Program-made: the position numbers and the translations under genes
Part shown: positions 55,556 through 64,000 of the stretch, piece by piece
How the letters are laid out: each line of letters starts with the position of its first letter
How positions within the stretch are numbered: position 1 is the stretch's first letter
Notes under the pieces: generated by a model
Told to the model about the DNA's origin: nothing
The model's database searches: none
Seen by the model: only the letters and a program-made list of their open reading frames with translations
Assembly (NCBI GenBank): GCA_964512925.1
Contig: CAZEKH010000004.1
Location: 2,431 to 66,430 of the forward strand
Length of the DNA stretch: 64,000 nt
DNA from: an uncultured Candidatus Saccharibacteria bacterium
GTDB lineage: Bacteria; Patescibacteriota; Doudnabacteria; UBA920
Direction: 5' to 3'

Positions 55556-58426
55556 ATGGCAGACCCAGTTTTAAGCGACGAATCCGTTGATGCGGAAATA
55601 GATGAGGCGCAAAAAGATAACCCCAAAAAGCCTTCACCTCCTGAAGAGCTTTTCGGGTTGGCTAAACAAAAAGCTGTAAAAAATTCTCCAATATTGGCTG
55701 ACGGACAATCCGTGACTTTTTTTAGCTGGCCAGATGTGGCCAGGGCAAAATCAAAAGTTGTAATTTCAGGACAAAATTTAAATCGATATAACGCGCTAAG
55801 GGTTTGGGCAAAAGGCAAGCCTTACAATCCGGTTAGTCTTCATCGGGCGGTTTCTGACAGTGAGAGTATAGGTTTTTTAATGCCGGATTTCAACGATTTT
55901 TTAGATGAAGGCGCTGAAATAATTTTAGAACTTTTAAGCTCCACATTTCCCGGGCTTAACAGACAGTTGTCGCCAAGGGTTTTTTACAGCTTGAAATCAG
56001 AAGATTCTTCTGAAGAAGAAAAAAGTAAAGAAGAAAAAATTGCTAAAAATGAAAAAAATGATGACGGTTCTTCTAATAAATCAACGCAGTATTCTGGCAT
56101 TTCTCCTGTTCAGGCAACCGAGGAGTTGTTGGAAGGCGTCAGGCAATCTTTACTGTCTTCCAAAGATGCTCAAAATCAATTTGCTCCAAAAAGCGCTCTA
56201 GAGCCAGACTTTCCAAAAAAACAGGAAAATTTGAGTGAGGATTTGAATTCTGACGATGAAAATCCGGCTGTAGAGGGTATTTCTCAAACAACAGAAACTG
56301 GTGGAGGTGAAAATTCAGGGACAGAGGCGGTTTTAGATGCCTTAAATGTCAATCCTGGATTGATTGAAAATACGGAAATTCGGGAAAAAATTATCAGCGC
56401 CTTGCAAGCCGGCGAAGTTCAAAATCTGGATGAAGAAAGTGCAGAAGTTTTAAGCCGGATTATTAACTCTACCCAGGTTTCAAGTGGAATAACCGAGCAG
56501 TCAGATGATGTTTCGATAAAAACTGAATCCGAGGTTGGTGGAGCGTCAACTCTTCAAGGGACAGAGATTTCTGCCCGAACTCAAACAACTCAAACTGCAA
56601 ATGCCGGCGGGTCGGTTTCTTCTAAGGTTGCTTCAGAGAACATTTCCGTACAAGAGCCGAGGTTGGAGGCTAATTTAAAATCCACTCAAACGGAAGCTTC
56701 AGGCAGTATTACTGCCGAAGTAAAAACTGGCCAAGAACAAAGTTTGAGTCAAAATCAAGAGACTAAAGCCGATATAAGCGCCGAAGCTTCTTTAGATATC
56801 GGCGCTAACAATGTTTCTGAAACTAACAAGTCCAAGCCTGACTTAAATGAAAATGCCGATGTAAAAATAAATCAGAACTTACAAAATGAGACTGCAGCGG
56901 ATTTACCTAAAGATTTAACGGGTCAAGAAAAGAAACAAGATCAGCCGAAACAAGCGCAAGTAAAAAAACCATCGGGCGATTTAAAAGAACCGAAAGGCGA
57001 TTTTAAGGAAGCAAAACCGCAAAAACCGTCTGAAAAAAAAGCCAGCGAAGTTCAGGAGGATGTAAAACCGCAGGTTCCGGAAGAATATAAAAAAATGCTG
57101 GGAAGCCTTGATGGGAAAACTCCGTTGGGAGCGCTGCCGGCAAGGGAAGAAAAAAAATCCGAAAGTATAAAAGGAAAAAGCTCTGAAAAAAAACAAGAGA
57201 GAAAAAAAGGTCAGAATTCCGGCGCTCCTTTGGGCTTGGTACCGAAAGATTTTTCCAAAGCTGAAGCTGCCGCTAAAGAAAAATCTTTAAGCTCCGGTTT
57301 GCCTTCAGGGTTTAAAACTCCGCCTCAAAATGTGGAAGGTTTGAAAAATGTTGGAAAAGATACAGAAACTTCCCCTCAGGGTGATGAAAACAAACAGCCG
57401 TCTTTGGCTGAAAATATGCCGGAAAAATCCGAACAGGCAGGCCAGCCCGGACCAGAGAATGTAAACGAGAGGGAAAAAGATGCAGAAGATGCAGATGAAA
57501 ATTTAGAAACAGAAGAACCTGATACGCCGCTACCGCTTCAGCAGGTAGAAAATAAGAAAAAACAGGAAAAGAAAAAAAGTTTGGAATCAGCCGAAGCGGA
57601 TAAAGCTTTTGGCGTAGCGGCCTCCGCAGCCTGGCGACAGATTGCTTTGGTTTGGCTTCCTGGTATGTTTTTTGGGTCAATGCCGACCATTGTCGGCCCG
57701 ATATTTGTTTTGGTTATGGGGGCGCTCGCTGGGGATGTTTATTGGTGGTTTTTGCATTCGCGCAATTCCGACAGGTGGCCGCTTAAAACCTGGCAGAAAG
57801 GCCTGACTGTGGGAATCAATTTATTGTTGGCGGTTTTTGTGGTCGGTATTTTGTTGTTTTTTGTTACAACTTTGAAATATCTATGTTCAGATTCAAAAGG
57901 TTTAGGAGCTCTATATTTGGCAGGCTACCAAGATGTCTGTAAAGGAATAGACCAGGTTACAGGAACCAGCTTTTTAGACTTTCAAAAAAATCCTTACGCA
58001 GGAACAACGGATGGCGGGGTAACATCTTCCGGAATATGCCAGCCGGTTTCGTTCGGTGTCGCATCCGTGCAAAATTTGCAAAACAGTTGTTTTGGTTCCA
58101 ATGCAGCCAAAGCCTCTTCCATAGCCAAGCTGGAAAGCGGGGGTCAAGCAACCAATGAAAGTAAGAGCGACATATGCAAGGACGGTAAAGCGTTTTCGAT
58201 CGGGCTTTTTCAGATAAACTTGACAGTTCATAAAATAAACAGCTTAAACTGCCCCGCGGCTTTTGCGGGCAGGGACTTTGCCTGCACTGTGGTAAATGGG
58301 CAGCTATATAGTCAATGCGTACAAGCGGCAAAAGACGCACAGATCAATATTCAAAAAGCCTGCGAGATTTCCCAAAACGGCCAGAATTGGGGAGCCTGGA
58401 GCACAAATAGGGTATGCAAGTATTGA
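55556..58426 (+). CDS. large protein: acidic low-complexity region, TM segments, C-terminal lytic transglycosylase (SLT-like) domain
   Basis: IAKLESGG (catalytic Glu), SIGLFQIN, NIQKAC..SQNGQNWGAWS. Confidence 0.7.
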   Translation: MADPVLSDESVDAEIDEAQKDNPKKPSPPEELFGLAKQKAVKNSPILADGQSVTFFSWPDVARAKSKVVISGQNLNRYNALRVWAKGKPYNPVSLHRAVSDSESIGFLMPDFNDFLDEGAEIILELLSSTFPGLNRQLSPRVFYSLKSEDSSEEEKSKEEKIAKNEKNDDGSSNKSTQYSGISPVQATEELLEGVRQSLLSSKDAQNQFAPKSALEPDFPKKQENLSEDLNSDDENPAVEGISQTTETGGGENSGTEAVLDALNVNPGLIENTEIREKIISALQAGEVQNLDEESAEVLSRIINSTQVSSGITEQSDDVSIKTESEVGGASTLQGTEISARTQTTQTANAGGSVSSKVASENISVQEPRLEANLKSTQTEASGSITAEVKTGQEQSLSQNQETKADISAEASLDIGANNVSETNKSKPDLNENADVKINQNLQNETAADLPKDLTGQEKKQDQPKQAQVKKPSGDLKEPKGDFKEAKPQKPSEKKASEVQEDVKPQVPEEYKKMLGSLDGKTPLGALPAREEKKSESIKGKSSEKKQERKKGQNSGAPLGLVPKDFSKAEAAAKEKSLSSGLPSGFKTPPQNVEGLKNVGKDTETSPQGDENKQPSLAENMPEKSEQAGQPGPENVNEREKDAEDADENLETEEPDTPLPLQQVENKKKQEKKKSLESAEADKAFGVAASAAWRQIALVWLPGMFFGSMPTIVGPIFVLVMGALAGDVYWWFLHSRNSDRWPLKTWQKGLTVGINLLLAVFVVGILLFFVTTLKYLCSDSKGLGALYLAGYQDVCKGIDQVTGTSFLDFQKNPYAGTTDGGVTSSGICQPVSFGVASVQNLQNSCFGSNAAKASSIAKLESGGQATNESKSDICKDGKAFSIGLFQINLTVHKINSLNCPAAFAGRDFACTVVNGQLYSQCVQAAKDAQINIQKACEISQNGQNWGAWSTNRVCKY

Positions 58427-58522
58427 AAATTATAAATTATTATTTTTTATTAATTACGATCGTTTGACCCCTCCCGCCCCGATGTCCATCGGGGCACGCT
58501 CCCCAAGCCTGGGGAGGAAAAA

Positions 58523-58984
58523 ATGAAATCTATGGAAAATTCTAAATTTTACAAAATATTGCTGGGACTCGGAATACTTATTTTGATTTTAGTCAGCGTG
58601 TATTTTGCATTGCCCGGTCCTGACCAAAAAAGCTCGTTGAATGGGAAGATAAATATTCCTGCGCAAAACGGACAAATCCAAACCAATGATTTTCATAAAA
58701 CTCAGGTGGAGCAAGTGGCTGAAACTTCGGTTTTAGCCAGAACTGCCGGGTTTGAAATTGTGAATTACGCGGTTGATAATTCTTTTACTATAACGCTTTC
58801 TCAAAAGCCGTTGGACAAGTCTCGCGATGAGGCTGAGCAAAAACTTTTGCAGATTTTAGGCGTTATCCCGACTGAGGCTTGTAAATTGAAAGTTGCCGTC
58901 TTTGTCCCTTTTTCCGTGGATGAGAAAGCTGCTGGTATAGACTATGGCCTAAGCTTTTGTCCAAAAGGCCTGCCGATTGATTAA
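58523..58984 (+). CDS. membrane-anchored hypothetical protein
   Basis: TM helix; AEQKLLQILGV...ACKLKV...LSFC. Confidence 0.65.
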   Translation: MKSMENSKFYKILLGLGILILILVSVYFALPGPDQKSSLNGKINIPAQNGQIQTNDFHKTQVEQVAETSVLARTAGFEIVNYAVDNSFTITLSQKPLDKSRDEAEQKLLQILGVIPTEACKLKVAVFVPFSVDEKAAGIDYGLSFCPKGLPID

Positions 58985-59153
58985 AGTGTGTTTATCTAAT
59001 TCAAAGATTGGTACTGTTTACCCCCTCTCCCATATGGGAGAGGGCAGGGGTGAGGTTAGGGCGATTTTAATATAAAAAACCTAAGCCATTTTTGCATTCA
59101 ACCTAAAATATGCTATAATTTTTAGGTAAATTAGTTAAAATTTTGAAACAAAA

Positions 59154-60305
59154 ATGAATAAAAAAGCCATTGCCATACTTGGCGCAATTTTTATACTTAT
59201 CATTGGAGCTTTGGGTTTTCTCATATACTCAAAGTATTCATCCAAACCGGCTGGGGATACAGCCCAGGTTCAGCCAACTCCGACAGTAACCCCTGTTCCT
59301 TCAGCTGAGCCGACTTTAGTCCCGACTCCAACCCCGTCTGTCCCTGCCGGGCAATTTTATCTTTTAAATCAAGGACCGGTAGTTTCGCCTGTGTTGAATT
59401 TTGACGCATCCGCGGTTACCTATTTGGACAAACAGGGAAAAGTTTATGAAGCCAAGTTTGTGCAAAACGGCAATTTTTTAACCCTAGCCGCCCCGACCAC
59501 TTTTGAAATAGAAAGCAGATCAAACATCAGCAAAGTTTTATGGCCGTTGCACGGGCATGATTTTATAGCTCAGATGAACAGTTTTGGGAAAAAAACTTGG
59601 ACATATTTCAATGCGGAAAAAAATTCTTTTACAGATTTGCCTGACCAAGTATATGCTTTGGACTGGCTGCCTTCCTCAGACAAGATTTTGTATGTTTGGT
59701 TGGAAAACGGCAAAGCGACTTTAAACATCTCGGATCCTGATACTAAAAATTGGAAACAAATTTCCGAAATGTGGGAAACAGACAATGAAATCCGCATATC
59801 TCCCGACGGCTTGAATATTTTGTATTTTAGGACTGAAAACAGTTCCGATACCAACCAGATAAATTTGACCACTCCGGATGGCAAACTATGGCGCGGCTTA
59901 GTCAAGCAAGGTTATAACTACGGCGTTTTATGGAGTCCTGACAGCCAGAGGTTTTTATTTGCCAAAAAAGACGGTCAAACCCAGGCTTATCAGTTATGGG
60001 TTTATGAGTTGTTGTCAGGAGACTTGAAAAATACCGGACTTTATACCACTGTGGACAAAGCAGTCTGGGCTCAAAATGGGAAAACTTTTTATGCCTCTGT
60101 GCCGACTAGCCCTACAGCCCAAAGCGGAGTTTTGACTTCGGATATGTTTTACAGTATGGATTCAGATACTTTGCAAAAAAAATCTTTTGATCCGGGAACT
60201 ATGAAAATAGACGGCAGGGATTTGTTTTTAGACCCGTCCGGCGGTAAACTCTTTTTCCGCAACGCCCAGGATGGGGGTTTATATTATTTGAATTTAGTTC
60301 AATAA
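59154..60305 (+). CDS. membrane-anchored TolB/WD40-like beta-propeller protein
   Basis: TM, PT linker, repeated WSPD/ISPDG/LDPSG blades. Confidence 0.75.
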   Translation: MNKKAIAILGAIFILIIGALGFLIYSKYSSKPAGDTAQVQPTPTVTPVPSAEPTLVPTPTPSVPAGQFYLLNQGPVVSPVLNFDASAVTYLDKQGKVYEAKFVQNGNFLTLAAPTTFEIESRSNISKVLWPLHGHDFIAQMNSFGKKTWTYFNAEKNSFTDLPDQVYALDWLPSSDKILYVWLENGKATLNISDPDTKNWKQISEMWETDNEIRISPDGLNILYFRTENSSDTNQINLTTPDGKLWRGLVKQGYNYGVLWSPDSQRFLFAKKDGQTQAYQLWVYELLSGDLKNTGLYTTVDKAVWAQNGKTFYASVPTSPTAQSGVLTSDMFYSMDSDTLQKKSFDPGTMKIDGRDLFLDPSGGKLFFRNAQDGGLYYLNLVQ

Positions 60306-60479
60306 ATTATTTAAAATTTTTGATTAAATTTTTCTTTATCCGTTCACTGTAAATTTCTAATTGTTCTAATTATTCTAAAAAGCTTAAATTTCATTTGGGA
60401 ATTATTTAGGTCAATTACCTGACCGAATTAAACACAACGTGGCAGCCGGGGAAATTAGAATAATTGGAAATTTAATTTT

Positions 60480-61814
60480 ATGCCCAAATCTTCCACTGTC
60501 TTTGTTTGTTCTAACTGCAAGTACCAGAGCCCGCGCTGGCAGGGGAAGTGTCCTGAGTGCGGGGAGTGGAATAGTTTTAAAGAAAGCCAATCCGCCAGCT
60601 GGCGGACAAATAACAAAAATCAAAATTTTAGATCAGCATCGACCCCGGTAAATTTAAATGAGGTGGATGAATTTAGTCGCGGCAGGATAAAGACCGGCAT
60701 TGACGAGCTTGACGAGGTGTTGGGCGGAGGCGTGGTGCCGGGAAGTTTGGTTTTGCTGGGCGGGGATCCGGGCATTGGAAAGTCCACGCTTGCTCTTCAG
60801 GCTTCTTTAAATTTGTCCAAGGAAGTTTTGTATGTGTCCGGCGAGGAGTCAGCCGGCCAAATAAAGATGCGTTCCGGCAGGATGCCGGGCGAGGGTAGTT
60901 TAAATGTTCTTTCTGAAACTAACCTAGAAACCGTTCTGGCAACCGCCCAGGAGCAAAAGCCTTTGCTGGTTGTTATAGATTCTGTTCAGACTATGTACTC
61001 TGAGCAAGCCTCTGGGGTTTCCGGCGGGGTGGCGCAGGTTTCTTTCGCTGTCCAGCAGATAATGCGTCTGGCTAAAACCGAACACATCGCTTTTTTGCTG
61101 ATCGGCCATGTAACCAAGGAAGGCTATTTGGCGGGTCCTAAAACCCTGGAGCATATGGTGGACACGGTTTTGTATTTGGAAGGCGACAGGTTTGCCAATT
61201 TGAGGATCCTTAGGTGCGTGAAAAATCGTTTTGGCACTACAAACGAGGTTGGAGTGTTTGAGATGTCTTCTACGGGCTTAAAAGAGGTTAAAAACCCTTC
61301 CAGTTTGTTTTTGGGCGAGGATTCGCTTCGGGCTTCGGGCAACGCCATAACCAGCATAATGGAAGGCTCTAGGGCGCTTTTACTAGAGATCCAGGCATTA
61401 ACTTCGTCTTCCAGTTTTGGCTACCCCAAACGCACAACTTCAGGGTATGATCAAAATCGTCTTCAGCTTATAACTGCTATACTCCAAAAACGCGCAGGGC
61501 TAAATCTTTCTAACCAAGACATATATATAAACGTAGTAGGCGGACTGAAGATAGACGAGCCCGCCTCAGACCTGGCTGTAGCTCTGGCTATAGTCTCCTG
61601 CATCAAGGACAGCGTGATAGAAGACACGGTAGTGGTGGGGGAGCTTGGGCTTTCAGGAGAAGTCAGGTATGTGCCAAACCTGGAAAAAAGGGTGAAGGAA
61701 GCGGAAAAACTTGGCTTTAAAAAAATCATCTGCCCCCGCGGGCAAGTCAAAAGTTCCAAAATAAAAATCATCCAACCCAAAACTTTAAAACAGGCGATGG
61801 ATGAGCTTAAATAG
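60480..61814 (+). CDS. radA: DNA repair protein RadA/Sms
   Basis: CSNC...GKCPECGEWNS, GGDPGIGKSTL, KNRFG, GELGLSGEVR. Confidence 0.97.
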   Translation: MPKSSTVFVCSNCKYQSPRWQGKCPECGEWNSFKESQSASWRTNNKNQNFRSASTPVNLNEVDEFSRGRIKTGIDELDEVLGGGVVPGSLVLLGGDPGIGKSTLALQASLNLSKEVLYVSGEESAGQIKMRSGRMPGEGSLNVLSETNLETVLATAQEQKPLLVVIDSVQTMYSEQASGVSGGVAQVSFAVQQIMRLAKTEHIAFLLIGHVTKEGYLAGPKTLEHMVDTVLYLEGDRFANLRILRCVKNRFGTTNEVGVFEMSSTGLKEVKNPSSLFLGEDSLRASGNAITSIMEGSRALLLEIQALTSSSSFGYPKRTTSGYDQNRLQLITAILQKRAGLNLSNQDIYINVVGGLKIDEPASDLAVALAIVSCIKDSVIEDTVVVGELGLSGEVRYVPNLEKRVKEAEKLGFKKIICPRGQVKSSKIKIIQPKTLKQAMDELK

Positions 61815-61839
61815 GGTAAAGGGTTTAGGGATTAGGGGT

Positions 61840-62352
61840 ATGGAAAATATAAATTTAAAAAATTTTATGAATTTTCAAAGAGAAGCCAGATTTCGTCCAG
61901 ATGCTGGAACGGATAATACGGAAATCGAACCGGAATTTATAGAAAATGTTATGACAGAGGCTTATGCTCAAGTTGCTAGAGATTATGCCGACTATATGTC
62001 TTCAAAAAATCCACAGGATGTTTTTATGGAAGATGATAAATGCCAACAGGTTTCTGAAGCTATTTTTTATATTTTAAAGAAAGCAGGCATTCGAGCTCGG
62101 TATGTTTATGTAACCGATAGAGAAAAGTTTAAAACTTATGGCGGCAGGCAGCATATATATGTATGTGTGGATGATCGATATCTGCTCGACGGTACTTGGC
62201 AGTCATTTGTAGATTTTACAAATAAAAATCAGCCTTATTTGCTGTTGGATGTCAACGATATTGAATCAGGTTTGAAAAATGCAGACGTGCCTAAAGAATT
62301 ATGGTTAATTTGGATGGATTATAAAAAATATTTAAAAAAATTACCTAATTAA
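61840..62352 (+). CDS. hypothetical protein (possible Cys-His-Asp transglutaminase-like fold)
   Basis: KCQQVS...QHIYVCV...LLDGTWQSF. Confidence 0.5.
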   Translation: MENINLKNFMNFQREARFRPDAGTDNTEIEPEFIENVMTEAYAQVARDYADYMSSKNPQDVFMEDDKCQQVSEAIFYILKKAGIRARYVYVTDREKFKTYGGRQHIYVCVDDRYLLDGTWQSFVDFTNKNQPYLLLDVNDIESGLKNADVPKELWLIWMDYKKYLKKLPN

Positions 62353-62478
62353 TATATAAAAGGGACGGGGTGAGGTTGCGGAATATTTTTTTAAAATAAA
62401 ACTATGTGGATTACCAGCGTTCGACCTCTCCCGCCCTTTCGGGCACCCTCCCCAAGCCTGGGGAGGGAAGTATTGGAT

Positions 62479-64000
62479 TTACTCAAAATGCACCGCCTGG
62501 CCTTTTAGTTTTTGTTGGAGCAGGGGGTAGTTTTTTAGTTCCAGATCATCTTCCAAAAGTTTTCTGGCCTCTTGCCTAGCTTTGGGGATCAGGGCTATGT
62601 AGTCGGGGTTGAAGTATTTGTAATCAAAACCTGACTGAGTTTCGCCAAACAGCTTGCCAAAACCCCTTTGCTTTAAGTCTATTTCAGCCAGCTCAAAGCC
62701 GTTTCGGGTTTTGGTAAAGGAAGTGAGGCGGTCTAAGCTTTCGTTTTGAACAATAACTCTCCCAGGACCCCTCTTTGAAAAAGAGGGGGTTTCTGCAATT
62801 TCGCCCCCTCTTAAAGTAAGAGGGGGTTTGGGGGTGATACTGTTTTCTGTTGTAAACAAAAAGCAGTAGCTTTGGTGTTCGGCACGGCCGACGCGGCCGC
62901 GAAACTGGTGGAGCTGGGACAGACCGAAACGTTCTGCTCCTTCTATGACCATCACTGAAGCGTTTGGCACATCTACCCCAACTTCCACAACTGACGTTGA
63001 AACTAGGATTTGGATTTTGTTGTCTAAAAAATCCTGCATAACTTGTTCTTTTTCTTTGCTCTTCATTTTTCCGTGGAGGAGACCAATCAGAACTCCCCCC
63101 GCCTTCGCCAAGGCTTCGGCGGGCAAGGCCTGCCCACTCCCCTCAAGGGAGGGGAAAGAGGCGGTAAAGGGGGATGAAGGGGGTTTTTGAGAAAGCTCAG
63201 CAAATATTTTTTGCAGATTTAAAACTTCTGTTTTGGCGGACTTTATGTCAGACGTTTCGTTTTCCTCTATGAGCGGGGTTATGACAAAAGCCTGCCTGCC
63301 TTTTTGTATTTGTTCTTTAATAAACTCATAAGCCTTGTTTCTGTTTTCGTCTGTAACCAGTTTGGTTATGATAGGTTTTCTTTCAGCCGGCTTTTGTCTT
63401 ATCTGCGAAATATCTAACTCTCCAACAAAAGCCAGTTTAAGCGTGCGCGGGATCGGCGTTGCGCTCATAGAAAGTAAATGAGGCACTTTATGAGTCACTG
63501 AGTCGTTATCCGCGTGGCTCCGCTTCTTAGTCGGATCCGCATGAAATCCGCGCAGCAAAGTTCCTCTTTGCTCTACCCCGAAGCGGTGTTGTTCGTCGAT
63601 GATCACGAGGGCTAATTTTTTAAAATTGACCTTTTCTTCCAAAAGCGCGTGCGTGCCGATGTACAGCCCTGGCATACCATCCTGAAGTTCTTGTAGTAAT
63701 TCTTTTTTAGTTTTTTCTTTACGATTGATGAGTGAGTAGGTTTGAGTATAAAGTATGCTGCGGCAGTTGAAAAAAGGTTTTTTTTCCACCAAATATTTCA
63801 AAGCGCTTTCGTGATGCTGTTTGGCTAAAACTTCAGTTGGGCATAACAAAGCTACTTGTAAGCCTTTTTGTATCGCCTGAAGTGCGGCGATGAAAGAAAC
63901 CAAAGTTTTTCCCGACCCAACATCTCCTTCCAAAAGCCTGTTCATAGGAGATGATTTTTCCATATCCTGCAGTATGTCCCAGGCCGCTTTTTTTTGTTCT
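62479..64000 (-). CDS. recG: ATP-dependent DNA helicase RecG, 5'-partial, with in-frame repeat insertions
   Basis: MNRLLEGDVGSGKT, DEQHRFGV, MSATPIPRTL, LLHGKM, AERFGLSQLHQFRGRVGR, DLKQRG, GETQSG. Confidence 0.97.
   Translation of the reverse strand, partial: EQKKAAWDILQDMEKSSPMNRLLEGDVGSGKTLVSFIAALQAIQKGLQVALLCPTEVLAKQHHESALKYLVEKKPFFNCRSILYTQTYSLINRKEKTKKELLQELQDGMPGLYIGTHALLEEKVNFKKLALVIIDEQHRFGVEQRGTLLRGFHADPTKKRSHADNDSVTHKVPHLLSMSATPIPRTLKLAFVGELDISQIRQKPAERKPIITKLVTDENRNKAYEFIKEQIQKGRQAFVITPLIEENETSDIKSAKTEVLNLQKIFAELSQKPPSSPFTASFPSLEGSGQALPAEALAKAGGVLIGLLHGKMKSKEKEQVMQDFLDNKIQILVSTSVVEVGVDVPNASVMVIEGAERFGLSQLHQFRGRVGRAEHQSYCFLFTTENSITPKPPLTLRGGEIAETPSFSKRGPGRVIVQNESLDRLTSFTKTRNGFELAEIDLKQRGFGKLFGETQSGFDYKYFNPDYIALIPKARQEARKLLEDDLELKNYPLLQQKLKGQAVHFE

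Overview
AT-rich bacterial chromosome segment. Gene content and style (frequent extended -10 promoters close to start codons, PrgI/VirB4/VirB6-like cluster, many small orphan nucleases) suggest a Patescibacteria/CPR genome; this is inference. Housekeeping genes: infC-rpmI-rplT, NRAMP transporter, 6-phosphogluconolactonase, NDH-2, smpB, argS, ileS, recO, uvrD/pcrA, rsmA, radA and partial recG. A tmRNA (13372-13765) carries a ~5.9-kb integrated element (13766-19628, 10-bp att core ATCTCCACCA). The element has a large serine recombinase whose C-terminus would be swapped on excision, a rolling-circle Rep broken by a 7-bp tandem duplication, and a phiX174/pC194-like nick site. Downstream lie a GIY-YIG nuclease with a three-unit palindromic array and an HsdR_N-NTPase-S1 fusion. 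The least explained signals are: (i) a promoter-to-terminator structured small RNA antisense to the 3' end of an antitoxin-less MazF/PemK-like gene, with a second orphan copy at ~50.4 kb; (ii) a second two-copy structured RNA motif at 17.7 and 20.3 kb; (iii) several families of short palindromic and 7-8-mer repeats that flank small nucleases, nest in each other and sit in frame inside recG, rsmA, ndh, radA, ileS and argS.
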